64,000 bases of DNA. It comes from Marsupella aquatica. Taxonomy: Eukaryota > Plantae > Marchantiophyta. Positions within the stretch are counted from its first letter, which is position 1; every line of letters begins with the position of its first letter. Of the stretch, positions 27,281-40,300 are shown in pieces. The stretch lies in NCBI GenBank assembly GCA_973895155.1, contig OZ316895.1, forward strand, positions 14,762,816 through 14,826,815. Reading direction: 5' to 3'. The position numbers were made by a program, and so were the translations under genes. Under the pieces are notes generated by a model. It worked only from the letters and a program-made list of their open reading frames with translations, ran no database searches and was not told the DNA's origin.

Positions 27281-29093
27281 CCATGGGGCGGTCAATTTTC
27301 AATATTTTTGAGGTAAGATGTTGGAGGAAATTTGCCAATAAGAAAAGCGCTGGTTCAGAGTTGAGAGACCTCAGAGAACTGCTCAGTCTAGCTCTTTACC
27401 GGTCTGGCTGCTTCGTCCAGTCCAGACAGTGGAGTGCAGGTCCCAACACTGTCTCATCCAAGTCTGAATGTCTGATACTCGAGGAATCTAGCCACGATCA
27501 AGTTGTGTGACAACGGACACAAGCCCCAAAGTAGTGTCTAGACCCATTCCCAATTCCTCCTACTGTATCGTTCTCACAGAACGCTACTTCCCATTGTTGA
27601 GTTTTTGCCTGACTTATGTTTTTCTTTGCTTGTTTTGTGGGGCAGACTTGTTGATTGCGTGATGATGCAAAAGACCGACAGACTGCCTCTGTCACATGTG
27701 GTACAACAATAGAAATGACGTTTCTCCTGAGGTCATTCTTGCAAGGTCTGCCTTCACACATCAGATTATTGGGTCTTTCGCTCTCTTCCTTCCCCCCCTT
27801 TTATTGGGTCTTTGGCCTTTGGGATACTCTTTCCAGGCTAAGTGTTTCTGTTATTTGGCAGGGATAACACGGTCCTGTACTTATACCTTTAAACGTTCAT
27901 CACTTTGACAGGATCTTTCCATTGTACAATGTTCACGTTTTGAAGGGGTTCTGAAGGTGTTGCACTGGTTTTTGAAATCCTTTGGTCATATCCTAAGGGC
28001 TATCCAAGTATCAATTGTATATGATACGGTGAAACACGGTGAAACACAGCTCCTCCTCGTACCTAGCCTCTATTGCCTATGTCTACTCATGGTATATGGT
28101 AAGCATAGTCTAAATATGGTACCAAAGCAAATTAGTGTAGATACCAAAATTTGCTGCTGCAGGTAGGTGTATGGTATCAGTCTAGGGAATGGGTTATGAA
28201 AGGTAAATTTGAATCACCAATCATAGTATAGATTTTGTTTTGCATGAAACCCAAGCAAGGGAGTTGAAGTTTGTTTCAAAATATTTAGTAAATTATTTGT
28301 TCTGTCCAAAGTGAGTAGATTAGGAGGGGCAATCTAGTGACTTAAGAAACACAATGATTTCAGATTCGAATTATCATTTGTTCAGAATTACAATGACATC
28401 CAGTGTAGTAATTATATCCACAAAAGAGACATCACAGCTGCATGGTCCACAGTCCACAGCAGGTTACTGTAGCTACTCTCGCGCATATGTGCGGGTCCCA
28501 TTGGTCAAGACTGAACATCCATTGCAGATTCCCGTTGTAGAGGAGGCGAGGGAGTCGATAGAGCCGTTGCAAGTATATTTTATTTGCCCTACAGGAAGGA
28601 GTCAATGAGCTAGTTATTCTTTTGCTGACCATATGGCAGCTATCATGCTGATCTCAGAAATGTCTTTCGTCTCATTTTGCGTTCTCAATAATTGTATTGC
28701 ACTTTTAGTCTATTTTTTATTACTACTTCACTTGATGTCAATAAGAGCGTCAGCAGTGGCACCTTATCGACATCACCTGTCAAGTGTGGAACTGCGCTTT
28801 GCGAGCTAGAGGATGAAGGTCGACACTTCAACCGTGGTTCTCATTTTCCTTTGGCCCATTCTTTCTTGTGAATTGTGAAGCTACAAATTGAGGGAAATTG
28901 GCTCCAATTTGGGAGATGGTGATGTTTTTCGACCAAAGCAAACTCAAAGGCCAGTTCTTGTTCTAAAGATAATTTTAGACCAGAAATCTTTTGAAATGTA
29001 CAAATCTCTAGAATACTATACTTGTAGACACCATCCTTGAAAGACCCCCAAGAACCCTTTTCATTTCTTTACTATCAAAATTTAATCCCAAAA

Positions 29094-29260
29094 ACCTAGA
29101 GAGGCATGGCTGTGTGGTAGTTCACTTGAGTACTTAGTGATTCATAGGTCTTGGATTCAAAAGTTGCTTAGTGATTCATAGGTCTTGGATTCAAAAGTTG
29201 TGACTGATTGATCCCTTTCTGTGGGGTTTCACAGATTGCCCCTTTTAAAATAAAAATAAA
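29094..29260 (+). mobile_element. tRNA-derived SINE with TSD
   Basis: A-box-like TGGCTGTGTGG, B-box-like GGATTCAAA, A-rich tail (AAAAT)n, and a 10-bp direct repeat AATCCCAAAA at 29084-29093 and 29261-29270. Internal 34-bp tandem duplication at 29133-29200. Confidence 0.7.
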
Positions 29261-30935
29261 AATCCCAAAAGAAGGAAAAGAAACATGGGACCCCCATGTC
29301 TTGTAACCAAGCCACCCTAATAATAGGAGTTTCAGGAGATCTGGCGATGGATATCCAACATGACCTTTACAACAATATGAGTTTCTACAATGAGATCATG
29401 TTTACATCAATATCTTTTGTGCAATAACATTTATTGCACAATGATCTTTTTTTTCGAAACTCATTGGTATTTAGCTAGTGAGAGATATAAAAAAACAGGT
29501 ATGACAAAATATATGTCCGCCACATTTGGTATACTTCGTGGACTATCAGGTTTGCACATGGCCTTCACAAAAGCTTAATTTTTCCACCTTTCAGAAAGCA
29601 AGCAGCGCAAATGTACTAAAGAATTTCTCTAAATTTCAGCATTTATTTTGAAAAACAATGTAAATACTGATAATTAAGTGTTTCACATCAAAATCGTAAG
29701 AATATATCTAGATCATTCATTGTGTATTTTTTCCGAGCTCAACAAGTGTACCTACAATTTTCTCTCATGGACTCAAACTTTCAATAATTATTTATTTATT
29801 GTGCAAACTTGGGGTTGTCACAAGGTAGAGGCAGGTGCATGTAAGCAAAGCCTATACCAACGAGGCACGATATGGTTGATATACAGCATTATTTAACACC
29901 TGCCAGGCCTTACCTTTACATTAGTATAACGCCCAATACAGGTCGAAACCCGTACAAATTTACTGTCACAGGTCATTACGGAGATTGAGCTTTGAATGCT
30001 TTTGCAACGCCCCACTTTGCCCACGTACAAATCTTTCTCCCACCCCGGTTCCACGGTTAATAGTGGATCATAGTCGACGGTGGAAACTTCTCGTCCACCT
30101 TCGATTGCAGTATTGCACTGCCCCGATTAATTTATGACGGAAGTGAGGACCTCGTTGAATCGAATTCACTTTTGGCTATGCTGACTTGGAGGTGGGTTGA
30201 CCCCGTGGGTCGACATTTCCACAGTCCTGACCACTACATATGAAGCACGTTCCAACTCAGCCTCCGGACCCACTAGTAACAACAGGACTTGACTGGACCC
30301 TACGCTCTGCGGCTGATCTCAAGAAAGCGAGAAAATGCTCCTGTAGAAGAAAATGTGACTAGCCGTCGCTTAAAGCATGGTACGTGGTAATCATCTGAAA
30401 AGCAGTCTCTACTGTCACTGAGAGACTTGCAGGCTGAGCTGCAACGGTCTATCTGCAGATGTGGCTATCCAAATTTGCGGGCCGAGGCTTCTGTTTCATC
30501 CACTGTAGCCACTTCGTCCGAATCTGAAATAGTTATGCCGATGGGTGAAGAGTTGAAAGACCTCATGACTTGCCATTTGACCGGGGCACGGCGCCACCCG
30601 GGTATCCCGTTTTACGCCACAGTGGCGTCGATTGTTCGCGCATGCCAGCCCCAGGACCATGCGCGTTAGTGATGGTCCTCTGAGACTAGCGCACGTTTTC
30701 TTTGAAGAGGTGCTCTCGTCAGTGTTTAGTATTTAAAAACTAGTGCATAGGCTGTAGGGTCGGAGTTATTAAATCTTAAAAATCTCACGAACAGTCAGAT
30801 CAACTACCTACTTTATGTACCCATCCTTTCGTACTGTCAACTGTTTATGACTGTAGAACCCTTCAAGCATTCCATCCACGGTGCTTGGGGCAGTCTATAA
30901 GGATGTAGCATTCTTCATAAGTTTACATCGTTGGA

Positions 30936-31130
30936 GGACTGGGTGAGGACTGGGTAAGGACTGGGTGAAAGAGGACTGGGTGAGGGAGGACGTTTTCATT
31001 CTGTTTTGGAGCTGAAGGGGAGGACGGATCATGTCTACCTAGACAGGCGGAGTTGGGTGAGGGAGGACGTTTTGATTCTGTTTTGGAGTTGAAAGGGGAG
31101 GGCGGATCATGTCTACCAAGACAGGCAGGA
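30936..31130. repeat. Tandem repeats just upstream of the laccase
   Basis: About four GGACTGGGT(G/A)A units, then two ~77-bp units (gggtgagggaggacgtttt...ggatcatgtctacc.agacaggc). Confidence 0.9.
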
Positions 31131-31300
31131 TTCAAAGTCTATGATCTTGTCAAATTTTCTGTCCACTGAAGCCAGTCAGACTGAAAGAGATATACATCTG
31201 ATTTTCATGTCACTCACTAGTCGTCAGTGGCTCTAGTAGTGCTGATTAGTGTTTTGTGTAGTTATCTGAGTTGAGAGCATCGAGTGTGAGAATCGAGAAG

Positions 31301-34300
31301 ATGAGGACTCTCTCGGCAGCAATGAGGGGCGTACTCTTGCGATTCGGGCTTCTCCTTGTTTTGGCAAGCTTTACCTGCACGGCCCAGACTGATCCATTTA
31401 ATATGCCTCCGTCCAATCCTTATGCATTGCCTCCAACGTCCGGTAATGTCAGATATTATCATTTCAACGTTAGTTCCTTTCCCCGACTGTCTTCCCACTC
31501 AAGTCCGCTGCTGAAAATTATTTGTTGAATAGATGTATATGAAAGGTAGCCTGAGTTCATCGTTCTTCAGATTTACGACACTACCAAGCTATTTTGCATC
31601 GAAATCAGTCCCCAGCTTACCAACTGTTGTGCATTCGTTAATTGGCCTGGCTTACAATTTGAGTATGGTTCAGCTACTTTGATTTGAACCCAAAAGGATA
31701 GTTCACCGACCCAGCTTCACCTGTTTGATTACATTTTGCCATACCATCATAGCAGAATGTACTTGATTACCTCTTAATCCAGCAATATCTGCTGGTGAAA
31801 CAGTGTAACATTAGCACTTATAGTTACTAACATCGTCAATCGACACTCACTCCAGCCTGTAAAATAAATCAATTGCTCTTGGTTGCCATGCAAGATATGA
31901 TGAGAGAGCTTCGAAAGATGAGTCCCACACACTGCAAAAAATGGACACCGCTGACTCCCTCTCGTTTGTGCTGTCTCATGAGCTCAGATACAAGTCGTCA
32001 ATCATTCCGTGAACTGCCAAACGAAACCAATCATCACTGTGAATGGGATGTTCCCCGGACCAATCATTTACGCCAATGAGGGAGACCGCATTATAGTCAA
32101 TGTGACTAACAGTTCCCCCGCTAATATGACGATTCATTTCCATGGGACGAGGTGAGTGAAAATTTCCATATTCTCTATAATGACTCTACGCCTGCTGCTC
32201 TATAGGAATGACCTACAGTAGATGCTGGATCCACAAGGTTCATGCAGGTAATTTAGTTTGTTTCTCGATGTGCATAATCGCAGGCAAATTCACTCGTGTT
32301 GGATGGACGGAGTGGCCTACATCACAATGTGCCCTATAGCACCTGGGGACTACTTCACTCACGACTTCATGATTCCCCAACAGCGGGGAACATTGCTGTG
32401 GCATGCGCATATCAACTGGCAGCGCGCAACATCCCACGGAGCATTCATAACGTACCCGGCACAACCATATCCGTTCCCACATCCTTACCTCGAAGTTCCG
32501 TTGGTCCTGGGTAAGATACTTTCCGGCCAGTGCATCCTGCTTGGCTGCAAGTTTGTTTCGCCGAGCTAGGGCCCTACTAGATTTTTAATTGAAATTGGAT
32601 CTGCTATAATTGCTCTTCGTACGGACTTTCTGTCGTAAAAATTCGAATTGCAAGCATGGCTTCAGACGTAAGCTTGCTCGAAATTGCTCTCTTCAGATAG
32701 TAAGCAATGAAAAAAGTTTCGACATTCTGATGTAGAGAAATATTGTATCATTCTCTAGAATCCTAAGGAGCACTATCAGAAAATCAAGGTCCACGAAGGG
32801 AGATGACAGATGCAAGGGAATCTGAAGGAATTGAATGGAATACGCGCTTGAGTACTTCGTACTTGTTAGAAAGATCCAACTTCGATGGAGTAGATCGAGA
32901 CTTCTTAAGATTCGTCTCGACACATCAACTCTGTTGCTGTCCAGTTAGTTCAATGTGATTATTAACTCATATCCACTCTGTTAAAAAATTAGAAGGGTTG
33001 ACAGTCTTGGTTTGGATTGACCTGATTCACGTACAGCGGAGTGGTGGTACAACGACGTTGAACAAATTGAAACCGATGGGCTCAACAGTGGATCTCCTTT
33101 CCCGAATTCGGACGCTATGACTATCAATGGCCACCCAGGGCCAACATACAACTGCAGCGCCAGTGAAGGTAAACTCTCCTGCAATCGTCAATTGATCATG
33201 GACAGTACCTGAGTGTACAAGCATTTATCTACAGGCCATTTGAATGGTTGAATTAATCAAGGATTAGTGCTTGAAGAGTGGTGAAGAAAAGTGTCGGTTT
33301 ACGGGGGAGAGCCGGGGGGAGAGCCCTCAAGTCTCTCCGAGCTCATCAATCCAACTGTCCAGAAGGCAATTACTAACTGTGCAGAAACTTTTCTGGCATG
33401 CCACTCCTTTCGCTCCAGGATTTACAACTATTAATGCTGTCCGGGGAAAAACCTACCTTCTTCGGCTCGTAAACGCTGCGCTGAACACGCACCTGTTTTT
33501 CTCTGTCGCGAATCACACCATGACGGTGGTGGAGGCTGACGGCGCGTACGTGTATCCCTTCGAAACCTCGGTCGTTTTTCTGTCTCCTGGGCAAACCACC
33601 AACGTGCTCATCACAGCGGACAAGGATGGAGGCAGCTACTACATTTCTATCCAGGGCTACGGAAGAGACAACATCCCAGTCGTGAGACCCACAGCTCTCT
33701 TCAAATATAAGAGACCTTCACCGCTCTCCGACTTCCCATTTGCTCCCATTCTTCCGCTGAACACCGACACTGGAGTCGCGACCTCGTTTGGTAACAGCTT
33801 GAGGACATTGTACCCCGGACGAGTCCCAAAAACCGTGAACCGCAACCTCTTGATGACTGTGGGATTGACGGAAAGGCTGTGTGATAATACGACGCTTCCC
33901 ATTGCCACTAATTGCTCCGCTTTTCTGAAGGGATATCGATACCAAGGAGCAATCAACAACGTTACTTTCGAAGTGCCGCAAATTGCCATTCTGCAAGCCA
34001 GCTACAACAACATTTCTGGAGTTTTCACGGAAGATTTCCCTGACATGCCTCCAGTTAAATTCGATTACACTTCGGCGTTCAGCCCACCTCCTGCTCTCCG
34101 GATTTCGAATTACGCCACGAGAATTCTTTCGATCAATTTCAATGACACTGTGCAGATTGTCCTTCAGGATACAATGATCCTGGGATTTGAAGACCATCCC
34201 TTCCATTTGCACGGTCACAACTTCTACATTTTGGGGCAAGGGTTTGGAAATTTCAACGAAACCATCGACACAGCCGGTTTGAATCTGTATGATCCTCCCT

Positions 34301-34894
34301 TGAGGAATACGGTGTCCGTTCCTGCGCAAGGATGGGCAGTGATTCGCATCAAGGCCAACAACCCTGGTTAGATTTTTCTCCCCTTTGGTTTTTGCAGGTG
34401 TTGTTTTCTTTCTATAAAAGCTTAATGTTCAAGACTGAATGACAAATTAGCTTGTGTGTTTCTATTTTTTTAATGTAGAGGGCGACATCATTCATCATCT
34501 TTGAGCTAGAAACCTTACCGCACAACATTCTGCTAGAGTAGTGGTATCGAGGACTTCATGCATATAATGATAGCCAGGATACTCCGCTCGGCCCCCAGGC
34601 ATACATCGATTGCAGCGCTTTCGAGGCTTGCTATCCTAGCAGAATGATGACACCAGTTAGACAGCCTATAATGACTAGGACGAGGTTTTGATTGCGATTA
34701 CTGGAGTTGAACAATGTAGCTGACGGAACATTTTCTGTGGGTGTGTTGATGAACTTACTTTAGGTGTATGGCTCTTCCACTGCCACCTTGATAAGCATAC
34801 ATCTTGGGGAATGGAGACGGTGTTACATGTGCAGAATGGCATCGGCGCAAACAATTCATACAATCCTCCGCCCAGTCGTTTGATGCCCTGTTAA
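31301..34894 (+). CDS. LAC: Laccase (multicopper oxidase, secreted), 6 exons
   Basis: Signal-peptide-like MRTLSAAMRGVLLRFGLLLVLA; VNGMFPGP..ANEGD; copper motifs HFHG, WHAH, HPFHLHGH and HCHLDKHTSWGM; ends PSRLMPC* (TAA 34894). Exons ~31301-31468, 31989-32151, 32285-32510, 33037-33168, 33419-34366, 34764-34894. Confidence 0.95.
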
Positions 34895-36449
34895 AAATGT
34901 AAATCACATTTCTTGCCCAGCCTCTTTCGTGTGTCCAGACTGCATCAAGCATACGGTGTTACTTGGCCATGGGAGCATCCATTAAATCTCAATTACATCT
35001 ACTCGAGTCAACAGATCGAGAAGATTGCGAAGGTTGTAAGTTAGTCAGCTCGGGCATTTTGTTTCTAGTACATAAGTTCCTTCTGTCCAATTAGATCAGG
35101 TACCATTCTACATTCATGATTGTGATACCTGCGATCCGTGCGCAGATTGCATCCGAAGTAAAGCCGGTTACATTGTTTCTACCTGTTGAATTTTTCTTGT
35201 GAGAAGACTCGATACCAACATCGTTACGATAAGTTCGTGACTAGCTGTCACGACTTCAAGTTCTCTACGTAGTTGAAACATACTACTGGGGCATCGAGTG
35301 AGGAGTCACCGATTTTAGGATACCGCGTGAGTAGAGTATTCTGTAAATTATTGTTTACCGATTCCGGATACTTTTCATTCGGAGAGCTTACCTTCTGACG
35401 GTATGGGCATCGCGGGTATCGATTCAAAGGCCAAGACTTTTTCCAATCGAACCATTTTCTAATATGGAAGTGACTTTTAACGACTGATCGACGCTGTGAA
35501 TTAAGCAAGAGTTAGATAACTTCTGCGACGTCTGAATGGTGAGTTTCTTCATGACATTGTGTCCCTTAAATCGAATAAATTGTCGTCCTAGATTGTGCTC
35601 TCACCATCTGTGATTGGAAATTCCCATAACATCTTTGGTGTCTCGATCTACTATTATCTTCAAACTTCCAATCGTTGACCCGATGGGTCCTCTGTTACAC
35701 TATGACACATATTGTAGATTAATGAAAAATACCTTCCCTTCTGCTTCCGTACCCGTAGTATTCACGGCATCACTTCATGGGTCTCTGGTAACTGCACATC
35801 AAAATATAACATATACTATTTATGACATCCCTCCATACCATGATAAACCTCATCATTTTCTTTAAATCAATGAGTGCACACCTATTACCATGTGATTAAC
35901 GGCAGGGAACTTCATGTAGCCGTAGAGGTTCTTTTCCATGGAGAAGCCTGCGGCAGAGTGTAAATGTCGTGCAGGGTTTCCACTGTCTGAGAGCGCTTCC
36001 ACCCCATGAATGGACTCGACAACGATGGAAAATGTACCATTGCAGTCGCTTAGATCAGCCCACGAGATCCACTGACCAAAAACCGGAAACAGCATCATGC
36101 GGGCCAGCGAGATACGCTGTACTGGTAATAAAAGCTCCTGAAACAGCTTCATGCAATATGGGCAACCGAGATACACTGTACTGGCATAATGATTATGTCA
36201 TCCTGGATAGGTGACGGTCAGTTACGTACGACAGGATAATCGTGTGAAGCACTAGAAATTAGCAAGTTTGCAAGACATGATGCAAACATGCGCGCAGCTC
36301 ATTTGAAAAGAAAGCGTCGCACTATCGCGCATCATGTAGAGTGCCTTACAAGATTACGTTATATGAACACGATACAACAGTACGCAACGGAGCACGTGAT
36401 CGGATCAATCGAGCTTGTCAGCCACAGCACTTTTGTACGTACCCGACAA

Positions 36450-36830
36450 GAGAAAGTGCAGCTCCGGATCGAGGCAAGACTACTGTACGAAAACGATATT
36501 AGAACAAATGGACCTGCGTCATGGGCTGGGCTATAGCCTCCGGACTACGAACACAAGTAACGGTCCGCACATACTTTGCTGGCTTCCCTTTTGTCACACA
36601 GCATGAAAGGGTTTTTGGACCCACCATTGACGACTGTAGTGGGAGGGAGGCGCTCGAGAAGGCTGAACTGGAAAGCTTACTTGAAGCCATTGACTGTCGT
36701 GGGAAAAGGATTCTCACGAGATTGGAGTGCGCATCATCTGCATGAAGTCGATGGACCTTAACATTAAAGTCGAGCTTTCTTTCTTTCACTGCCCTGCACT
36801 GTACATGGAGTCCCCGTTTCGTAGCATAAG
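36450..36830 (+). pseudogene. Possible RNase H-like (RVT_3 type) remnant
   Basis: Frame-broken order VQLRIEA..., GWAIA, AELESLLEAI, FTALHCTWSPR resembles the plant non-LTR RNase H layout. Confidence 0.35.
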
Positions 36831-37021
36831 TCCAGTCAGGCAGTCCATCCATCATTCAAGGACTGGAATTCTGAAGTGAAAGCTCGGATGTAAACAAAGT
36901 GGAAGCTCGAATGGACACAGGAGCTTTGGAGTGCACGATACTCCCAGAATCTTATAATGTTGTGACATGGAAGTATAAGAGATTATATAAAGGGTAACCA
37001 AGGAACCCAACTCCTCAATCA

Positions 37022-37206
37022 AATGAGAACTGGTATATTGTCAGAACAATGGTGAATCGAATATCCCGGCAGTACTTTACTTTAACACTTTACACACTGG
37101 ACTGAATGTGGAGATTGAATGAGAACTGGCTTATTCTCAGAAATGTGAATCGAATATCCCGGCAGAGCTTTCTTTCAACAATTTACACACTGGACTGAAT
37201 GTGGAG
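37022..37206. repeat. ~95-bp tandem duplication in the CMT 3' region
   Basis: Two copies of aatgagaactgg...gaatcgaatatcccggcag...tttacacactggactgaatgtggaga. Confidence 0.9.
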
Positions 37207-37331
37207 AATCTCTTCACGAGATCTCTAATAATACAACAGCGGAAAATTAATTCTCCCTGCCACAATTATCTAAATCGAAGTCTAAATGTCTATAACGTTT
37301 AATGTGAGGCTACCCAATGCACATTACCTCC

Positions 37332-40300
37332 TTATTGCTCGACTTCATTAGCGTCTGATTCCGAGCTTTTTAGGAGGCTCATGGGAAAGTTCTTCGGAAG
37401 TTGGATCAAAGCCTTACTTCCAGTCGGTACTTCTTCTCTTGCTTTGTCACTACCTTTTAGGCTTTGTCCCAATCCAAAACCCAATGCCCTTGCTACAGGG
37501 ACAGCAACTGCATTTCCCACCTGGATATATCTGCAACATGTGATGGTTCCGGAAGAACGCTGTGTAAGGATCAAAAATTCACAATACCACACGGAAACCA
37601 AAAAGACATGGCCTGTAGGTTTCGCGAAACGCCAACTACCGGGAAAACCTCTACATGAACGCAGGTCTTAGCACAGGTATTCCAAAAAAGAACTGACAAG
37701 AGGATTTTTTATAACGACCGTATTTTCAGCAAACTAAAGGCCTGAAAGAAATTTGACTGACCGTTCTTTCACCGGCCCAAATAGCTTGTAAAAGTCAGGA
37801 AAGCCTTGCAGACGTGCATTCTCTCGGATTGACAGTACTCGGTCCTGATTTGGATGTAAAATGCACTGCATTCCACGAAGGAAACAGCATTAGCGAAAAC
37901 GACGTCCCTATGCTGTAAGAGACTAATCCAAAGCGTAACACGAAAGATCACTCGAGAACATCACAAAATTTAGGAGTGGAACTGACCTGGTTGTGGGGTT
38001 CTGCCCTCGTGACAACAGTAGATACAGTTTCATCCCACCAAAGACGGCCAAATGGCCTGCATGGAGAAGATGATCAATCCGTAAGGATCGGATGTGCATA
38101 AAAACATTTATTAGGTTATGAACGACTCATGAGCTTTATCTTGGGAGGTGGTTCGGGAAGCTTACTTCAAAGATTTTCCTTTCACAAACGAGATAGCATA
38201 ATCAGGCACCTGTAGACCAAAGAAGTCCAGACATGTCTTAGAAGATTGTCTCGCAAAATACTGGATGGTGATTACCAAGATATCAAAAGTTGTTACATTA
38301 CTGCTATCTGCTACTTGAACCCACTGCCCAAACGATGTCCGATGCGTTCATGAGAGTCGTACCAAAGGCTTTCCAGAGGCAAGCATCAGCCGATTTTTCC
38401 TTTCGACATCAACCGTTCCATCAGGTAAAACTATAATTCCACCGAGATCCCTAAAATTGGCTCCCTGTAAATAGAACAAACAAAGAAAACGAGTTTTAGA
38501 TGCTGCCACGACTCTAAGACAATGCGTGCAACCATAGATGAAAACACGGCAATGGACTACCTTTCGCTGGGGTATTTTGCAGGTTCTTTGATAATCGTCG
38601 GTGTTCAGCTCAAGACAACGATGATCATACAGGAAAGGTTTTGAGGTTTTCCCTGTCGGTTTTGATTTCCAATCATGCACTGCAGAAACAGCATATCAGA
38701 AGTTACTTCCACCTGCTCCAGAATTATTGGTTCGGGCAAAGGGTAAATTCACGAGCTAACTTAATAGAAATGCTAACAAAATATGAACAAGACAAGCACG
38801 CGTCTCGACCTTAATTCTTAGACGCAAATTGAATACTCACCATGTTTGGGAAGGCGAATCAAACTTTGAAATGGTGTCTTTGGACCTGTATCGTAATTCA
38901 TTTCATCGTTTTTGTCCGAATTGGAAATCTGTTGCATTAAGAATGGTTAGGCTTGGATTCCCTCTACAAATAAATTCAAACATGTCGAAAGTACTCTTAG
39001 AAACGTCAAAGGATAGGCTAGAACAGAGAAGGGTCCAATAGCACTAAAATACCATACGGTCAAGGAATGCCAACATCACAGTACCAGTTAGACTGCAGGA
39101 TCGCAGACGTCGTCTTACCGGACAAGAAAGTTCGCATACCTTAGGTAGATCAGAAATAGCATCCGAAAGAAGCAGTGCGACGTCGAGTGTAGGCGTCTCT
39201 GACTCGTCATATGCGACCACATTTTTCTGCAGAATCAGGAAATTGTATACTCAATACTTGGGCAATGACTTCGGCAAACTGTCAGTGTCGTATACCGTTC
39301 GCTGCATCTGTTACATGCCTTCAACTTATTTAGTTACTACTGCTTTATGACTTGCATCGTGCAGCTGGAGAAAAAAGTCAGGTAGCCTCACCTCCCAATT
39401 TTGAGGAGCATGGCCACGCATCACAACAGAGTGCGTTGGGAGAGGGAATGGTGGCAGCCTCTGCAAAAATAAAACCAAAAGCAGTGGAGGCCATGTCACC
39501 GAGAAGCCATAGAGGTAATGAAAAATGCTCCTTCATCCCAGATGTAGCTCAAATGTCAAGTTCAACGGGGACTCGACTTCGCAAAGGATAGTGATCAAGG
39601 GACAAGGGGCGTACCTCACCTGGGGCCGCTCCCCAGAGGAAGACACGCATACGGAACTGAGGGAGGCCATAACAACCAGCCACAAGCAGACCCAGCTTCG
39701 CCTGCATAGAGTAAATTTGATTATTATTGACTTGAACCGACCTCAAGTTGTCGTCTGCATGGAACTGTCCTATGAATCATAGGTCCCTTGCACGTTCGGG
39801 CCAAACAATAAAAGGCAAGAAAGAAGCTTAAGTTTAAGAACATACTTGATAGTGCATTTGTACTAGCCGACTCAAGGCGTATCTACCGAGAATTCCGTCG
39901 GCGAATTTCAAGATGTCGACAACGTTCTCCATCAAGACAAATCTTGGCTTTAGAAACTCCACGATGTCCATGTACACAATAATCTGTTTGTTGCGGATAC
40001 ACTGAAGAGGCTCCAATTTGTTGCGGAAGCGGTTGAATCCGCTTGCACCTTGACAGGGGGGGCCCCCACAAATTACGTCACAGTCACCCTGCTCGGAAGG
40101 AAGCAAAATAGTCAGCGGCTTTGAGTAATTCATTCAGATGCAATTCTAAAGAAGTACCAGAAGTTTCAGAAGCAGCAAAGTGTAAATAAGAGAAATCCAC
40201 ATGCCAAACCCGCTGCTTTTTGTCCCACAAGGATTACGGTTCAATTTTTGCCCATCAAATCGACACTCTACTTTACATTGGCTCCAACCAGTAGTAAGAC

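Noticed and set aside
29103-29170. Functional tRNA gene
   Set aside because: No cloverleaf or acceptor stem; the tail and TSD point to a SINE.
30936-31130. CRISPR-like appearance of this and other short repeats
   Set aside because: Head-to-tail repeats without unique spacers, no cas genes, and a eukaryotic context.
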